Shown piece after piece: positions 47,290 to 57,746 of a DNA stretch of 64,000 nucleotides. The notes beneath the pieces were generated by a model. The model worked only from the letters and a program-made list of their open reading frames with translations, searched no databases and had not been told where the DNA came from. The DNA comes from a bacterium (lineage in GTDB: Bacteria; Patescibacteriota; Minisyncoccia; UBA6257; 02-FULL-45-10c): assembly GCA_021786945.1 (NCBI GenBank), contig JAJYMK010000003.1, positions 151,299 through 215,298 on the forward strand. Direction: 5' to 3'. The position numbers and the translations under genes were made by a program. Position 1 is the first letter of the stretch. The number at the start of each line of letters is the position of its first letter.

Positions 47290-47923
47290 TTTGATTATTT
47301 TCTTGGCCCGCGACTTGATGATCTTTTGTTTCGGAATTATTTTCTGATTCGGGAATTAAAACTTCGGCTTTTTCCGCTACCTGATTTAATGATGCTTCAT
47401 GAAGATTTTTTACCATCTGCCTGTATTTTTCGTAATCAGGAAGATCGGTTATTCCGGAAAGACCAAGCCTTTTTATGAGATCGAAACTAACGCTGTATAT
47501 ATAAGCGTTTGCCCTCTTGGGATCAACACTTCTCTCTATCAGTCCCCTCAGTAAAAGATTTCTGATTGTGAAGCTGGAATTAACTCCTCGGATATATTCT
47601 ATATCGGCGCGGCTGATAGGTCCTGAATAAGCTATTATTGAAATTGTTTCCAAAGACGCGGGTGTAAGATCTTCGGTAAATTCTTGTTTTACGATATCTT
47701 CCAATAGCTTTGTCAGTTCGGGTTTGGTGACTAATTGGATTTTATTGTTATTTTTAATAAGTGAAATTCCCCGTTCGTGTCGGTTTAATTCATTTGTGAG
47801 ATTTAGCAGCGCCGCATCAAGTTCTTCTTTGGTTATGTTAAGAATTTTTGCCAATCTTTCGGTTGAAATAGGCTCTCCGTAGGCAAATAAAACAGCTTCA
47901 ATTTTTGCTAATACATTATCCAT
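47279..47923 (-). CDS. scpB: Segregation and condensation protein B
   Basis: ...LETISIIAYSGPISRADIEYIRGVNSSFTIRNLLLRGLIER...: ScpB winged-helix pattern. Confidence 0.85.
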   Translation of the reverse strand: MDNVLAKIEAVLFAYGEPISTERLAKILNITKEELDAALLNLTNELNRHERGISLIKNNNKIQLVTKPELTKLLEDIVKQEFTEDLTPASLETISIIAYSGPISRADIEYIRGVNSSFTIRNLLLRGLIERSVDPKRANAYIYSVSFDLIKRLGLSGITDLPDYEKYRQMVKNLHEASLNQVAEKAEVLIPESENNSETKDHQVAGQENNQNEN

Positions 47924-48674
47924 TTTGATTAGAATTTTCGTTTGTTTGCTGGATAGACTCGGATTCTTTTTGTTTTATGATTATATCAGAAAACTGCCCT
48001 CCTTGAGTAGATGTAATTAAACGGTCGCGGATAAGATGAAGCACGGCTAAAAAGAAAATAATTATCTCTAATTTTGACTTTGATTCGGTTATTGTCTTGA
48101 AGCTATTTTCGGCGCGTTGTTTAAATCTGTTGAGCAACTCCTCCATTTTTTCTTTAACGGAAAAAACCGCTTTTTTGATATTCTTTTTTTCTGGAATCAG
48201 GGCTTTTAGTTCCACGATTATTTTTTCGATCGGATTTACAAGATCCCTTACTTCCATTTTTTCTGGAGGGTAAAAAATCGGCGGGAGATCCGTAAATAAT
48301 TCTTTGCCGAAAGAATATTGTTTTTTATCCCAAATTTTTTTTATCTCTAGGGACGCCTCTTTGAATTCCTTATATATCTTCAGCCTCAACTCCAGGTCCT
48401 TAATATCCTTTTCTTCTTCTTGTGTCAGTTCGAGTGACGGTAAGAGTGCTTTTGATTTTATCAATAAAAGCTTTGAAGCTACTATTACAAAATCAGCAAT
48501 AATACTAGGATGCGCGTTTTCTTGAGTTAGGCCTTGAAGGTATTTAAAGAAATCGTTGGTAATTTCAGCTAAATTGACCATAGTAATTTCCATTTTTCTT
48601 TCTTCAATAAGCTCCAGTAATTTTTCCAGAGGGCCCGAGAATTTATCAAGTTTTAATTCGTATTTGTCGGACAT
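47916..48674 (-). CDS. scpA: Segregation and condensation protein A
   Basis: The ScpA kleisin pattern (FSGPLEKLLELIEERKMEITMVNLAEITNDF...), adjacent to scpB. Confidence 0.8.
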   Translation of the reverse strand: MSDKYELKLDKFSGPLEKLLELIEERKMEITMVNLAEITNDFFKYLQGLTQENAHPSIIADFVIVASKLLLIKSKALLPSLELTQEEEKDIKDLELRLKIYKEFKEASLEIKKIWDKKQYSFGKELFTDLPPIFYPPEKMEVRDLVNPIEKIIVELKALIPEKKNIKKAVFSVKEKMEELLNRFKQRAENSFKTITESKSKLEIIIFFLAVLHLIRDRLITSTQGGQFSDIIIKQKESESIQQTNENSNQNG

Positions 48675-48683
48675 ACTTAAAAA

Positions 48684-49904
48684 TTATTTAGGTAATAAAG
48701 CGTCTTTTGTATAAACATTCGACGGACTCCACAACATCCAGCCTGATTTATCCAGACTGATACCAGTGGTCGATGCCGCATCGTATACGGCCTGAATTTG
48801 TGCTCTTACTTTAGCTGCGTCGTATTCGGCGCCCAAATCAAAGTCTTGCAACCATGGCCTGAATTGCGTCTCGGTCATTTTTATTGTTGTAGTTGAATTA
48901 TTGAATTGATTTAGCCGTTTATCGGCTTCCAACATAGAAGTGTATACAACATCGTAAGGATAATCGGCTGGATTTGTGTGGCCATTAAATCCTTTATTGT
49001 AGTGTGACGGATATACCATTGGTGCGATAAAGTCCAAATACGGAAAAGCATCATTTAAGTTTTGTCCTATTCCTAAGTCATCTTGAAGTAATGTTGTATA
49101 GCCAAATAAATCTCCGGAAATTTTTGCACCCGGTAAATTCTCTCTTAAATATTTAAAAAAACTATTCATTACTTGTCTTTTCGTAGTTATTTTTGAGTCG
49201 TAAAATGGATATTTTATGTCGGCCATATTTCCATCAGAAGCAAATCTTATATAGTCAAAATTAACTTCATCAAATCCCCTGTTCAATGCTTCTTTTGCTA
49301 TGGCAACATTGTAATCCCAGACTTCTTTTGAAGACGTATCCATCCAGGAAATTCCTTTATAATCCTTCCAGGTTGTTCCCTTGGATATGCTTTGTAATGC
49401 TAAATCAGGTCTGGCTTTGGCCAATGCCGGATCCTGGAAAACGGCTTGTCTCGCTATCACATATATTCCCTGATCATGAAGTTTTTTAATTAAAGCGTTG
49501 GGTTTTGAAATTTTTACTTCAATTGCCCCATATTTTTTTACCAAATCCAAATCTGATTTATAGCTTAAATTGCCAGTATAGTCTTTAATGTCTATTACAA
49601 CTGCATTTATCTCGGTATTTTTGATGATGTTTATAAAATAATCAATTTTTTTATCGCTGGACGCAGACCAGGCCGTTGAATAGATAGCTTTAATTATTTT
49701 AGGAGGATTTTCCAATGGTTTCTGGTTTTCTATATCGGCATTGGGATCGATCGGCTTTTCCGGTTTTACCTCGGGTTTTATTATATCCTCCTGACTTGCT
49801 GTTTTTGGTAAGTCGGATAGTACGAGATTGTTATTGGAAGTAAAAAATAAAAATAAGCCGATTCCGGCAATTACCAATATTAAAAAATAAATAAATTTTC
49901 GCAT
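48684..49904 (-). CDS. Secreted TIM-barrel glycoside-hydrolase-like protein (DUF4015/GHL10-like)
   Basis: Signal/TM, then AVVIDIKDYTGNLSYKS...GIYVIARQAVFQDPALA...GFDEVNFDYIRF, as in YngK-like putative glycosyl hydrolases. The family assignment is tentative. Confidence 0.45.
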   Translation of the reverse strand: MRKFIYFLILVIAGIGLFLFFTSNNNLVLSDLPKTASQEDIIKPEVKPEKPIDPNADIENQKPLENPPKIIKAIYSTAWSASSDKKIDYFINIIKNTEINAVVIDIKDYTGNLSYKSDLDLVKKYGAIEVKISKPNALIKKLHDQGIYVIARQAVFQDPALAKARPDLALQSISKGTTWKDYKGISWMDTSSKEVWDYNVAIAKEALNRGFDEVNFDYIRFASDGNMADIKYPFYDSKITTKRQVMNSFFKYLRENLPGAKISGDLFGYTTLLQDDLGIGQNLNDAFPYLDFIAPMVYPSHYNKGFNGHTNPADYPYDVVYTSMLEADKRLNQFNNSTTTIKMTETQFRPWLQDFDLGAEYDAAKVRAQIQAVYDAASTTGISLDKSGWMLWSPSNVYTKDALLPK

Positions 49905-49979
49905 TTTCCGGTCTTTGAATTATTTTAATTATAACTGATTTTTTTATCCGAATAAATACTGTATAATAAATAGGAAAAT

Positions 49980-51083
49980 ATGTTGGCTATCTACAGAAAA
50001 TATCGTCCTAAAAAACTTTCTGAATTGCTGGGTCAGGAGCATATTATTGAGGTTCTAAAAAATTCCGCCAGGCAAAATAGGTTCGCCCATGCTTATTTGT
50101 TTTATGGTTCTAGAGGTTCGGGCAAAACGACAACCGCTCGTCTTTTGGCTAAACTTGTTAATTGCGAAAAAAGAATAAAAGACGAAAAATTTAGGGAAAA
50201 AGGAGAGCCTTGTAATGAATGCCGGGCTTGTACCGAAATAGATTCAAACCAAGCCTTGGATGTTGTAGAAATTGATGCGGCTTCAAACAGGGGTATAGAC
50301 GAAATCAGGGATTTAAAAGAAAGTATAAAGCTATCCCCCATTTATTTGTCTAAAAAAGTTTATATTATCGATGAGGTTCACATGCTTACTCGTGAAGCGT
50401 TTAATGCTCTTTTGAAAACATTGGAGGAGCCTCCGGCACATGCAATTTTTATTTTGGCTACAACGGAATATGAAAAACTTCCCGCCACAATTTCTTCCAG
50501 AACGCAAAAATTTAATTTTAAGAAATTATCCATTGCTGATATTTTGAAGAAATTGAATAGCGTTGTAAAAGCTGAAAAAATAAAAATTTCCGATGAAGCC
50601 TTGGAACTGATTGCTTCGTTGGGCGAAGGCAGTTTTCGCGATGCTGAATCGCTTTTGGATCAGATAGCTTCTATGGACTCAGATATTGAGCTTAAAGATG
50701 TAGAAAAAATTGTCGGGAAAATCGGCTATAAAAAAACTGCGGAATTGGCCGGGCTACTGCTTTCCGGTGATTTAGATAAGTCATTAAGTTATTTATCTCA
50801 GATAAATGAAGAGGGATATAATTTGGTTCAATTTAATAAAGACTTAATTCATTATTTGAGACGTGCATTAGCTTTGAAGCTTAGCCCGAAGGTAGAAGAA
50901 TTTTACAAAAAAGAACTTACTTCCGATAATTTAGAAGGTTTGAGGAAAAATTCCCTTTTGATAAATCCGGAAAAGCATATAAATCTTTTAAAATCTTTTA
51001 TTCGTGCATATTCGGAAATGCGCTATTCCCCGTTTCCTATTGCCCCATTGGAAGTCGCTGTTATAGAAAATCTAAAAAAATAA
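49980..51083 (+). CDS. dnaX: DNA polymerase III gamma/tau subunit (short, gamma-like)
   Basis: RPKKLSELLGQEHI...HAYLFYGSRGSGKTTTARLLAK...C-x-EC-xx-C zinc module, and DEVHMLT (Walker B). Confidence 0.88.
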   Translation: MLAIYRKYRPKKLSELLGQEHIIEVLKNSARQNRFAHAYLFYGSRGSGKTTTARLLAKLVNCEKRIKDEKFREKGEPCNECRACTEIDSNQALDVVEIDAASNRGIDEIRDLKESIKLSPIYLSKKVYIIDEVHMLTREAFNALLKTLEEPPAHAIFILATTEYEKLPATISSRTQKFNFKKLSIADILKKLNSVVKAEKIKISDEALELIASLGEGSFRDAESLLDQIASMDSDIELKDVEKIVGKIGYKKTAELAGLLLSGDLDKSLSYLSQINEEGYNLVQFNKDLIHYLRRALALKLSPKVEEFYKKELTSDNLEGLRKNSLLINPEKHINLLKSFIRAYSEMRYSPFPIAPLEVAVIENLKK

Positions 51084-51087
51084 CCCG

Positions 51088-51112
51088 AAAATCGGGTTAT
51101 TTTTATAATTGA
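51088..51112 (+). terminator. Rho-independent terminator after dnaX
   Basis: AACCCGAaaaTCGGGTTATTTTTAT. Confidence 0.6.
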
Positions 51113-51185
51113 CTTTTTCTAAAAATAATGATATTATATGTATTAGTTATTTTGGATTGAAAATTTAATAAAATTAGGAGGGTGT

Positions 51186-51887
51186 ATGAATAAGATATGG
51201 GCGGCTGTACTGATATTTGTGTTTATTCCAGCGTTTAATTCTCAAGTAAGCGCTGAGATTAAAATTCTGGATATTGAGCTTCCGGAAACGGAAATTTCAA
51301 CATCAACACTTGTAAGCGAAGATGTTGTGATTTATACCGGAGAAAAATTGGAGAGGCCGAAATTAAGCATTGCGCTTGGTTTGGGCAATGGCTATAAACT
51401 TGGCGATCAAAAAGATGGACGTTATCATTATGATAATAGTTCTGTCATTTCTCTTCAATTTGGATATTTACCTTCAAAATATTTAGAAGTTCAGGGTGAA
51501 TATTCCAGAGTTGGAAATTTTTATCGCAAAAGATCATGGGGTGAGCAAAATCAAAGATTTAATAGTTATGGATTAAATCTTAAATTAAAAAGACCCTTGA
51601 TGTTTGATTCGATAAAATTATTTCCTTATATAGTAGTAGGTATGGGAAAAAACAGAATGACTTACTGCGGCATAGATACCGGAAAAAATTTCAGTTATTC
51701 CGGATTTGGAAATTACAGAAAAATAGGAGTAGGGGCTGAAGTTGACTTAAATAGGGATTTTTTTCTGTTTTCTGAATATAACTACTATAAAATGGGTTTA
51801 ATTACCTTCCGTCTTAAAAGCGGAAAGGAAGTCAAAAACTTCCCATATTATTCAGTAGTTTTTTCCGGAATTGGAATTAAATTCTAA
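51186..51887 (+). CDS. Secreted protein with outer-membrane beta-barrel-like features
   Basis: Signal peptide (MNKIWAAVLIFVFIPAFNSQVSA). Alternating hydrophobic, Gly/Tyr-rich strands (SIALGLGNGYKLG, FGYLPSKYLEVQGEY). C-terminal ...GIGIKF ends in Phe. Confidence 0.45.
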   Translation: MNKIWAAVLIFVFIPAFNSQVSAEIKILDIELPETEISTSTLVSEDVVIYTGEKLERPKLSIALGLGNGYKLGDQKDGRYHYDNSSVISLQFGYLPSKYLEVQGEYSRVGNFYRKRSWGEQNQRFNSYGLNLKLKRPLMFDSIKLFPYIVVGMGKNRMTYCGIDTGKNFSYSGFGNYRKIGVGAEVDLNRDFFLFSEYNYYKMGLITFRLKSGKEVKNFPYYSVVFSGIGIKF

Positions 51888-51902
51888 AGTAGCTAAAATC
51901 TA

Positions 51903-51935
51903 AAACCCGCATTTTTCAAAATGCGGGTTTTTTAT
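51903..51935. terminator. Strong bidirectional terminator between convergent genes
   Basis: AAAACCCGCATTTTtcAAAATGCGGGTTTTTTATTT. Confidence 0.7.
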
Positions 51936-51940
51936 TTATC

Positions 51941-54900
51941 TTAATTTTTCTGACATTCACCAGAAGATGAACATGTATATCCTTCATCACACGTTCCGCA
52001 ACTTATCATTCCCCCGCAAACCGGATCGGTCATATTTCCACACTCCCTTTTACTTTTATTAGCAGTTACACAAATGCTTGAAATATTCGGGACGCACACG
52101 CAATTATTATTGATACATTGTTCTTGTTTTGTCGTATTACAAATTTTTGGACCAAGCACGCTTTGATTTTTAACGGGACTGCAATTAGTAGTAGATTGTA
52201 AAAGTGTTCCGCATGTATTTGATGTAATAGCTGGACTCCAAATTGGCGTAAGAGTTCCCGATACATTGTATTTTCTAACTCCGCAATTACTTATTTGAGT
52301 AAGTGTTGATCCTTGGCAAACAGTTGAATCAGGCGGTGACCAGATTGAGTCGGTGCAAGTAAAAGCCGTTCCACCAACTGATTCTTCATAGCTATTTTCG
52401 TCTCCAGCAATAACTATTGAAAACTTATCCATATTTCCTTCTGCCGCAATAAACCAGGTGGGATCAATGTAGCAGCTCCCCCCTTCAAATTTAAGAGTAC
52501 TCCAATCATAGTTTGAAATACTAAAACAATAATGTTTTATTCCATTTACTGATACATAAACATTATAGCCGGTTGCTAAATCGCCGGAAACGGAGTTTAT
52601 AGTAAGCTTTCCTGATGTTAAATCAAAATTTAATGGATTAATTGTCACCGGTCCTGGTTCTGGATATGTTATCCTGAACCCATTTTTTAAAGTTGATTGA
52701 GTCAGGATATTGTTATTTGCATCTTTCATGACAACTTTAACGTCGAATAGTCCTGTAGTAACTGCGCTAATATCGCAAACGCCATTTGTTATTTCCGTAG
52801 AACTTGCAAATTTAAAACCTGAACAATTAATTAAATCATTAGCGCCTGGATTTATCAGTGCCACTTCTATTTTTACGGGAGGCGGCAAAAATCCTGCGCC
52901 GTAAATGGATATATTTTCAATTTTATTTTGATAGTTCAAACCATCAGTAGTTACTATTATTCCATCGCTTGAACCGAGGCTATTTTTAGCTCGAATTGTA
53001 TATGAAAGTTTTTGTTGTGGGGTTTCCTTGAATTTATTGTCGTCGAAAGAAGTTGTTGTTCTTTGTATTTCAGTTGTGCTTCCTACGCCACTTCTGGTGA
53101 TAATATATTCTAAATTTTCCCCACCTAAATTTAAAGGTGGATCCCATGACAAAGAAAACCCCCTATTTATTGGAATGATTTTGACATTTCTTGGATTAGA
53201 TGGCTTACTTTTTGTGGTATACACTAAAGAAGTGGGTACTGTATCTTCTATTCTTGAGCAGCCGGACAAGGATGCTTGCATTGTTCCACAAATTATTGTT
53301 TTAAGATGAATAGTTGGATTGCCCCATTCGGAATTATAGTCAACTTGCCTCATAGATCCACTAAAATAACCGTAATTGGCATAACTTGCGCCGCTAGGAA
53401 GACTGAATTTAATCTCATCCAGTGATTTATAAACCCATAAACTATCTAGGCCACAATTAGCGCAATAATTGTATCCCATATAGCCAATATGATACGGAAA
53501 ACAAATTCCATAATGATCAACGCAGTTGCCGGATAACGTACAACAAGAATTTGCATTTTGCTTTGTAAATGTAGATCCGCTTTCGGCACAGCTTGGTTTT
53601 GCTCCCCAGCAACTACTTCCTCTTCCGCCTAAAACATTTGGAGAGTTATACATTGTCCCATTCTTCCAAATAGGAAATGAATCTATAGAAGCTTTTATGT
53701 AGCCATTAGAATTTAAGCAGTTTAGCAAGGATTCCATAGTTTTCGTTGTTGCTTCTGTTTGTGTTTTGTAAGAACCCTGCCAATTAATATCCTCGGACGA
53801 TCTTAAAGAATCTGTTGGTGTAAGATACACAGATCCGTCTGGAGCAACGTATTTGCTTACAAATGGCGAACAAATATATTTTGCTTCTGGATTGGTACAC
53901 GGTATCCCAATAGCTTGTGGGCAATATCTGCGATAAACTACTTTATCAAATTTTATAGCTTTATATTCTATAGGACTTGGGCTTGCATTTATTTCCCCGC
54001 TTTGAGAGCTAGCCCCAACATTATTTTTTGCGGCAATTTTATAATAATAAGTGGCTCCATTTATTACGGCGGTATCCACATAGTTCAAAACATTTCCAAT
54101 TTCAATTGGACTGGAATTGAATTGCCCAGAAACCTCACTTTTATAGATGAGGTAACCAGTAATTGGACTTCCCCCGTCTTTTGTGGGAGAGTTCCAATTT
54201 AATGAAACTTGGGCATTTTCACTGTTGGCAGAAAAATTTTGAGGAATTTCCGGAGCTATGGCAAAGGGCGTAGCATCTGCTTCGCTGCTTTGAGTTCCAA
54301 TGCCTTTTGTATTTTTTGCGGCAATTTTATAAAAATATTTTGTACCGTTAGAAACAGTTGTGTCCGTATAGGTTAATACGTTTGCTGTTTCGGTCAAAAG
54401 CGTTTCTCCGCCAGAAGCGGTTCCTCTATAAATTTCATAATTAGTTATAGCATCACCGCCGTTATTAATTGGAGCTGCCCAGGAAAGAGAAGCTTGAGAA
54501 TTTTCACTTACAACGATTAAATTTTGCGGAGCATCTGGGCTGGAAATGGTAAATGCAGAAAAAGTTGGAACCACGATATGGCTAACATCGTAACAGTTTT
54601 TACCATTTATATCACATCTTGTTTTAGTAATATCAATTATTGGCGGGAGGAATGTTGGATACATAACTCTATCCTGGCCAATAATATCGAGTTTTCCGTA
54701 TGTCCAAATCTGAAATTCAGGGGTGTTTTCGAGGATGGTGTACCACCGTCCCGTCCAACCATATTGCAGACATTTTTTTTTCAAATTATTGATACTTTCA
54801 TCAATAGCTTGAGCTTGTGAGTTGAAGGTTTTTACTTCTGGCCCACCATATTTTGTAACGTCTAAGCAGGAATCATCATTCGATCTAAGAAAGCGTGAAT

Positions 54901-54982
54901 TTTTGTAAAAAGTATCTGCGTTAACCGAAAACGGATTTATTAATAAAGCTCCGACTAATAATAATAAATTTTTTTTATTCAT
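51941..54982 (-). CDS. Large secreted surface protein (1013 aa) with at least 3 fibronectin type III repeats and a Cys-rich C-terminal region
   Basis: Signal peptide MNKKNLLLLVGALLINPFSVNA. Repeated FN3 units (...PQNLIVVSENSQASLSWAAPINNGGDAITNYEIYRG...KYFYKIAAKNTKG...). The C-terminal 120 aa are Cys-dense. Confidence 0.7.
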   Translation of the reverse strand: MNKKNLLLLVGALLINPFSVNADTFYKNSRFLRSNDDSCLDVTKYGGPEVKTFNSQAQAIDESINNLKKKCLQYGWTGRWYTILENTPEFQIWTYGKLDIIGQDRVMYPTFLPPIIDITKTRCDINGKNCYDVSHIVVPTFSAFTISSPDAPQNLIVVSENSQASLSWAAPINNGGDAITNYEIYRGTASGGETLLTETANVLTYTDTTVSNGTKYFYKIAAKNTKGIGTQSSEADATPFAIAPEIPQNFSANSENAQVSLNWNSPTKDGGSPITGYLIYKSEVSGQFNSSPIEIGNVLNYVDTAVINGATYYYKIAAKNNVGASSQSGEINASPSPIEYKAIKFDKVVYRRYCPQAIGIPCTNPEAKYICSPFVSKYVAPDGSVYLTPTDSLRSSEDINWQGSYKTQTEATTKTMESLLNCLNSNGYIKASIDSFPIWKNGTMYNSPNVLGGRGSSCWGAKPSCAESGSTFTKQNANSCCTLSGNCVDHYGICFPYHIGYMGYNYCANCGLDSLWVYKSLDEIKFSLPSGASYANYGYFSGSMRQVDYNSEWGNPTIHLKTIICGTMQASLSGCSRIEDTVPTSLVYTTKSKPSNPRNVKIIPINRGFSLSWDPPLNLGGENLEYIITRSGVGSTTEIQRTTTSFDDNKFKETPQQKLSYTIRAKNSLGSSDGIIVTTDGLNYQNKIENISIYGAGFLPPPVKIEVALINPGANDLINCSGFKFASSTEITNGVCDISAVTTGLFDVKVVMKDANNNILTQSTLKNGFRITYPEPGPVTINPLNFDLTSGKLTINSVSGDLATGYNVYVSVNGIKHYCFSISNYDWSTLKFEGGSCYIDPTWFIAAEGNMDKFSIVIAGDENSYEESVGGTAFTCTDSIWSPPDSTVCQGSTLTQISNCGVRKYNVSGTLTPIWSPAITSNTCGTLLQSTTNCSPVKNQSVLGPKICNTTKQEQCINNNCVCVPNISSICVTANKSKRECGNMTDPVCGGMISCGTCDEGYTCSSSGECQKN

Positions 54983-54986
54983 GATT

Positions 54987-55508
54987 TTATTTAATTATCG
55001 TTAATTCAATTAAATCTAAGATTTTATTGGTTAAAACATTTTCTTTAATCAGGGCATCAAATTTATAGCCGGATTTTATTTCTCGAATTGATATGTCCGA
55101 TAAATAATTTCCATTAGGTTTTATTTCATTGATATATATTTTAGTAGAAGTTGATATATTTAAGGAATACTCATTTTCGGTGTAAGTATTATTAATACCT
55201 ATAGATGTTCTTTCGGCTGTTAATACCTTTGCCGTTACCAAGATTTTATTTCCATTAATTGATTTTATGGTTCCGTTTAAAGCATTTAATACAAATGCAT
55301 CATTTTCTAAATTTTTAAAAGATTCGGTTTGGGCTACAAGATAATTATCTGATTTTTTATAGATTGAATAAGTAAAATAACCAGCAATAATAAGAGTTAT
55401 AAAAATAATTACGAATATTAAAATTTTTTTATTTTTTGTCATACTTTTATTGTACCCCTCCCTTTTAATAATTACCAATTTGTTAATAATTTTTTTAAAA
55501 AATTGCAT
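54987..55508 (-). CDS. Hypothetical membrane-anchored protein (N-terminal TM), co-directional and 4 nt upstream of the large surface protein
   Basis: ORF and hydrophobic segment only. Confidence 0.4.
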   Translation of the reverse strand: MQFFKKIINKLVIIKREGYNKSMTKNKKILIFVIIFITLIIAGYFTYSIYKKSDNYLVAQTESFKNLENDAFVLNALNGTIKSINGNKILVTAKVLTAERTSIGINNTYTENEYSLNISTSTKIYINEIKPNGNYLSDISIREIKSGYKFDALIKENVLTNKILDLIELTIIK

Positions 55509-55540
55509 TTTTTGTTAATTTATTGTAAAATATTTACTCA

Positions 55541-57340
55541 ATGAAAAAGATACGCAACATAGCCATCATCGCTCACGTTGACCACGGCAAGTCTACTTTA
55601 GTGGACGCTATGATGAGACAATCAGATACTGATTTGGGTAAGCTTGGCGATCAGGAAATGATAATGGATTTTAATGATCTCGAAAGAGAGCGCGGTATTA
55701 CTATTTTTTCAAAAAATGCCGCTGTTTATTACGGCGATACCAAAATAAACATTATAGATACTCCGGGACACGCCGATTTCGGCGGCGAGGTAGAACGTGT
55801 ATTGAATATGGCCGATGGCGTATTACTTTTGGTTGACGCTCAGGAAGGCCCTATGCCTCAGACGAGATTTGTTTTGAAAAAGGCATTGTCTTTCAACCAC
55901 AAAGTTATTGTAGTTATAAATAAAATAGATAAAAAGAATGCCAGAATTAATTATGTATTAGATAAGATTATTGAGTTATTTATTGAACTTGGCGCTACTG
56001 ACGAACAGATAAATTTCCCCATTGTTTATGCCGCTTCAAAGCTTGGAAAGGCCGGCGATAGTCCTGAGTTAGATAAAATGACTGATGTAAAACCGGTTTT
56101 TGAGGCAGTTTTAAAACATATCCCCCAGCCAAAATTTGATCCGGAAGCTCCATTGCAAATGATGGTTGTAACTATTGGCTATGATAATTATAAAGGCAGA
56201 ATTGGGATAGGCAGAATTTATCAGGGTAAAATAAAAAACAATCAGCAGGTTATGCATATACCAAGAGAGGGTCAGGCTAAGCTTGGTAAAATTTCAAGTT
56301 TAATGACTTTTGTTGGTTTGGGTAAAGTTGAAGCCGCTGAATGTGAAGCCGGTGATATTGTCGCAATAAGCGGAATAGAAAATATAAATATTGGTGATAC
56401 CATTGCCGATCCGGTGAACCCAATAGCTCTCCCGCCGATCACCGTAGAAAAGCCGACGGTTAAAATGATTTTTAGCGTAAACAACTCCCCCTTTGCCGGT
56501 CAGGAGGGAGATTATTGTACTTCTAGAAATTTGAAGGAAAGATTGGAAAAAGAATTAGATAATGACGTGGCGCTCAAAGTGGAATCCGGCAAATCAACTG
56601 ATGAATTTGTGGTCAGCGGACGAGGAGAGCTCCATTTGGGAATTTTAATTGAAACTATGAGGCGTGAAGGTTATGAGTTCCAGGTTTCCAAACCCGAAGT
56701 TATTTTAAAAGAAGAAAACGGCCAGACAATGGAACCGTCGGAAGATGCCTGGATTGAAGCTCCGGAAAAATATTCCGGAACAATTATTGAAAGAATGAGT
56801 AATAGAAAGGGCATGATGAAAGATATGCGTACGGAAAACGGAATTGTTTACTTTTATTTTTCTATTCCCACAAGAGGTTTAATAGGATTTAGAAATGAAT
56901 TTATGATTGAAACCAAGGGCTTAGGAATTATTAATACTCTCTTTGCCGGATACATTCCTTTTGTTGATGGGTTAAAAACAAATCCTCACGGTTCAATAAT
57001 AGTTCACGAAACAGGAACAACTACTGCTTACGGACTTTTGATAGCTCAGGAAAGGGGCGAAATGTTTGTGGGTCCGGGCGTAAAAGTTTATGAAGGCCAA
57101 GTTGTGGGACAAAATGCAAAAGCCATGGATTTGGCTGTTCATGTATGCAGACAGAAACAGCTTACTAATTTTAGGGCAAAAACAGATGCTGTTACCGACG
57201 ACCTTATTCCTCCACGCGATATGAGCCTGGAACAATATTTGGAATATCTAGGTGACGACGAGCTTTTAGAAGTTACTCCAAAAAGCTTAAGGATCAGAAA
57301 GAGAATTTTAAGTAATGCCTTAAGAGAAAAAGGAAAATAA
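55541..57340 (+). CDS. typA: Translational GTPase TypA/BipA
   Basis: [22 protein letters not shown]...[16 protein letters not shown]...: an EF-G-like domain series. 599 aa. Confidence 0.93.
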   Translation: MKKIRNIAIIAHVDHGKSTLVDAMMRQSDTDLGKLGDQEMIMDFNDLERERGITIFSKNAAVYYGDTKINIIDTPGHADFGGEVERVLNMADGVLLLVDAQEGPMPQTRFVLKKALSFNHKVIVVINKIDKKNARINYVLDKIIELFIELGATDEQINFPIVYAASKLGKAGDSPELDKMTDVKPVFEAVLKHIPQPKFDPEAPLQMMVVTIGYDNYKGRIGIGRIYQGKIKNNQQVMHIPREGQAKLGKISSLMTFVGLGKVEAAECEAGDIVAISGIENINIGDTIADPVNPIALPPITVEKPTVKMIFSVNNSPFAGQEGDYCTSRNLKERLEKELDNDVALKVESGKSTDEFVVSGRGELHLGILIETMRREGYEFQVSKPEVILKEENGQTMEPSEDAWIEAPEKYSGTIIERMSNRKGMMKDMRTENGIVYFYFSIPTRGLIGFRNEFMIETKGLGIINTLFAGYIPFVDGLKTNPHGSIIVHETGTTTAYGLLIAQERGEMFVGPGVKVYEGQVVGQNAKAMDLAVHVCRQKQLTNFRAKTDAVTDDLIPPRDMSLEQYLEYLGDDELLEVTPKSLRIRKRILSNALREKGK

Positions 57341-57341
57341 A

Positions 57342-57366
57342 AACTCCCCTTTCGGGGAGATTTTAT
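57342..57366. terminator. Bidirectional terminator
   Basis: AAAACTCCCCtttcGGGGAGATTTTATT. Confidence 0.6.
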
Positions 57367-57722
57367 TATTTAGAAGATTTCTTTTTTGGCTTCACTTTCA
57401 AATCCTTTTTGATGTGTTTCCAATGGCTTTTCATTTCTTTTACCAAATGATTCAATTCTTTTTGGTCAACATTTTTAAGTATCTTGTATCTTTCGGCCAT
57501 GGCATCAATCACATCGTGATAAGTGCCCTCACTCATATTTTTCATATGCTCCATTTCCTGAAGAACTTCGCCTTTGGCTTTTAGCATCCAGCCTTTTACT
57601 TTCTTTCTGTTTTTTACTGAATTTTTACTTCCATACAAGAAATAAGTTCCTGCAGCGGCAGCGGCAAGAGCAGCCAATCCTAAACCTGTCTCAATTGCTA
57701 CTTTTTTTGTTTTCTTTTTCAT
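57366..57722 (-). CDS. Small hypothetical Lys-rich membrane protein
   Basis: ORF with one TM segment. Confidence 0.35.
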   Translation of the reverse strand: MKKKTKKVAIETGLGLAALAAAAAGTYFLYGSKNSVKNRKKVKGWMLKAKGEVLQEMEHMKNMSEGTYHDVIDAMAERYKILKNVDQKELNHLVKEMKSHWKHIKKDLKVKPKKKSSK

Positions 57723-57746
57723 TTTTTATTTTTTTTAATTTGTTAT

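Noticed and set aside
55480-55545. typA promoter (TTGCAT-17-TAAAAT) placing the TSS within about 10 nt of the ATG (a leaderless mRNA)
   Set aside because: Plausible but minor. TSS position cannot be fixed from sequence alone.
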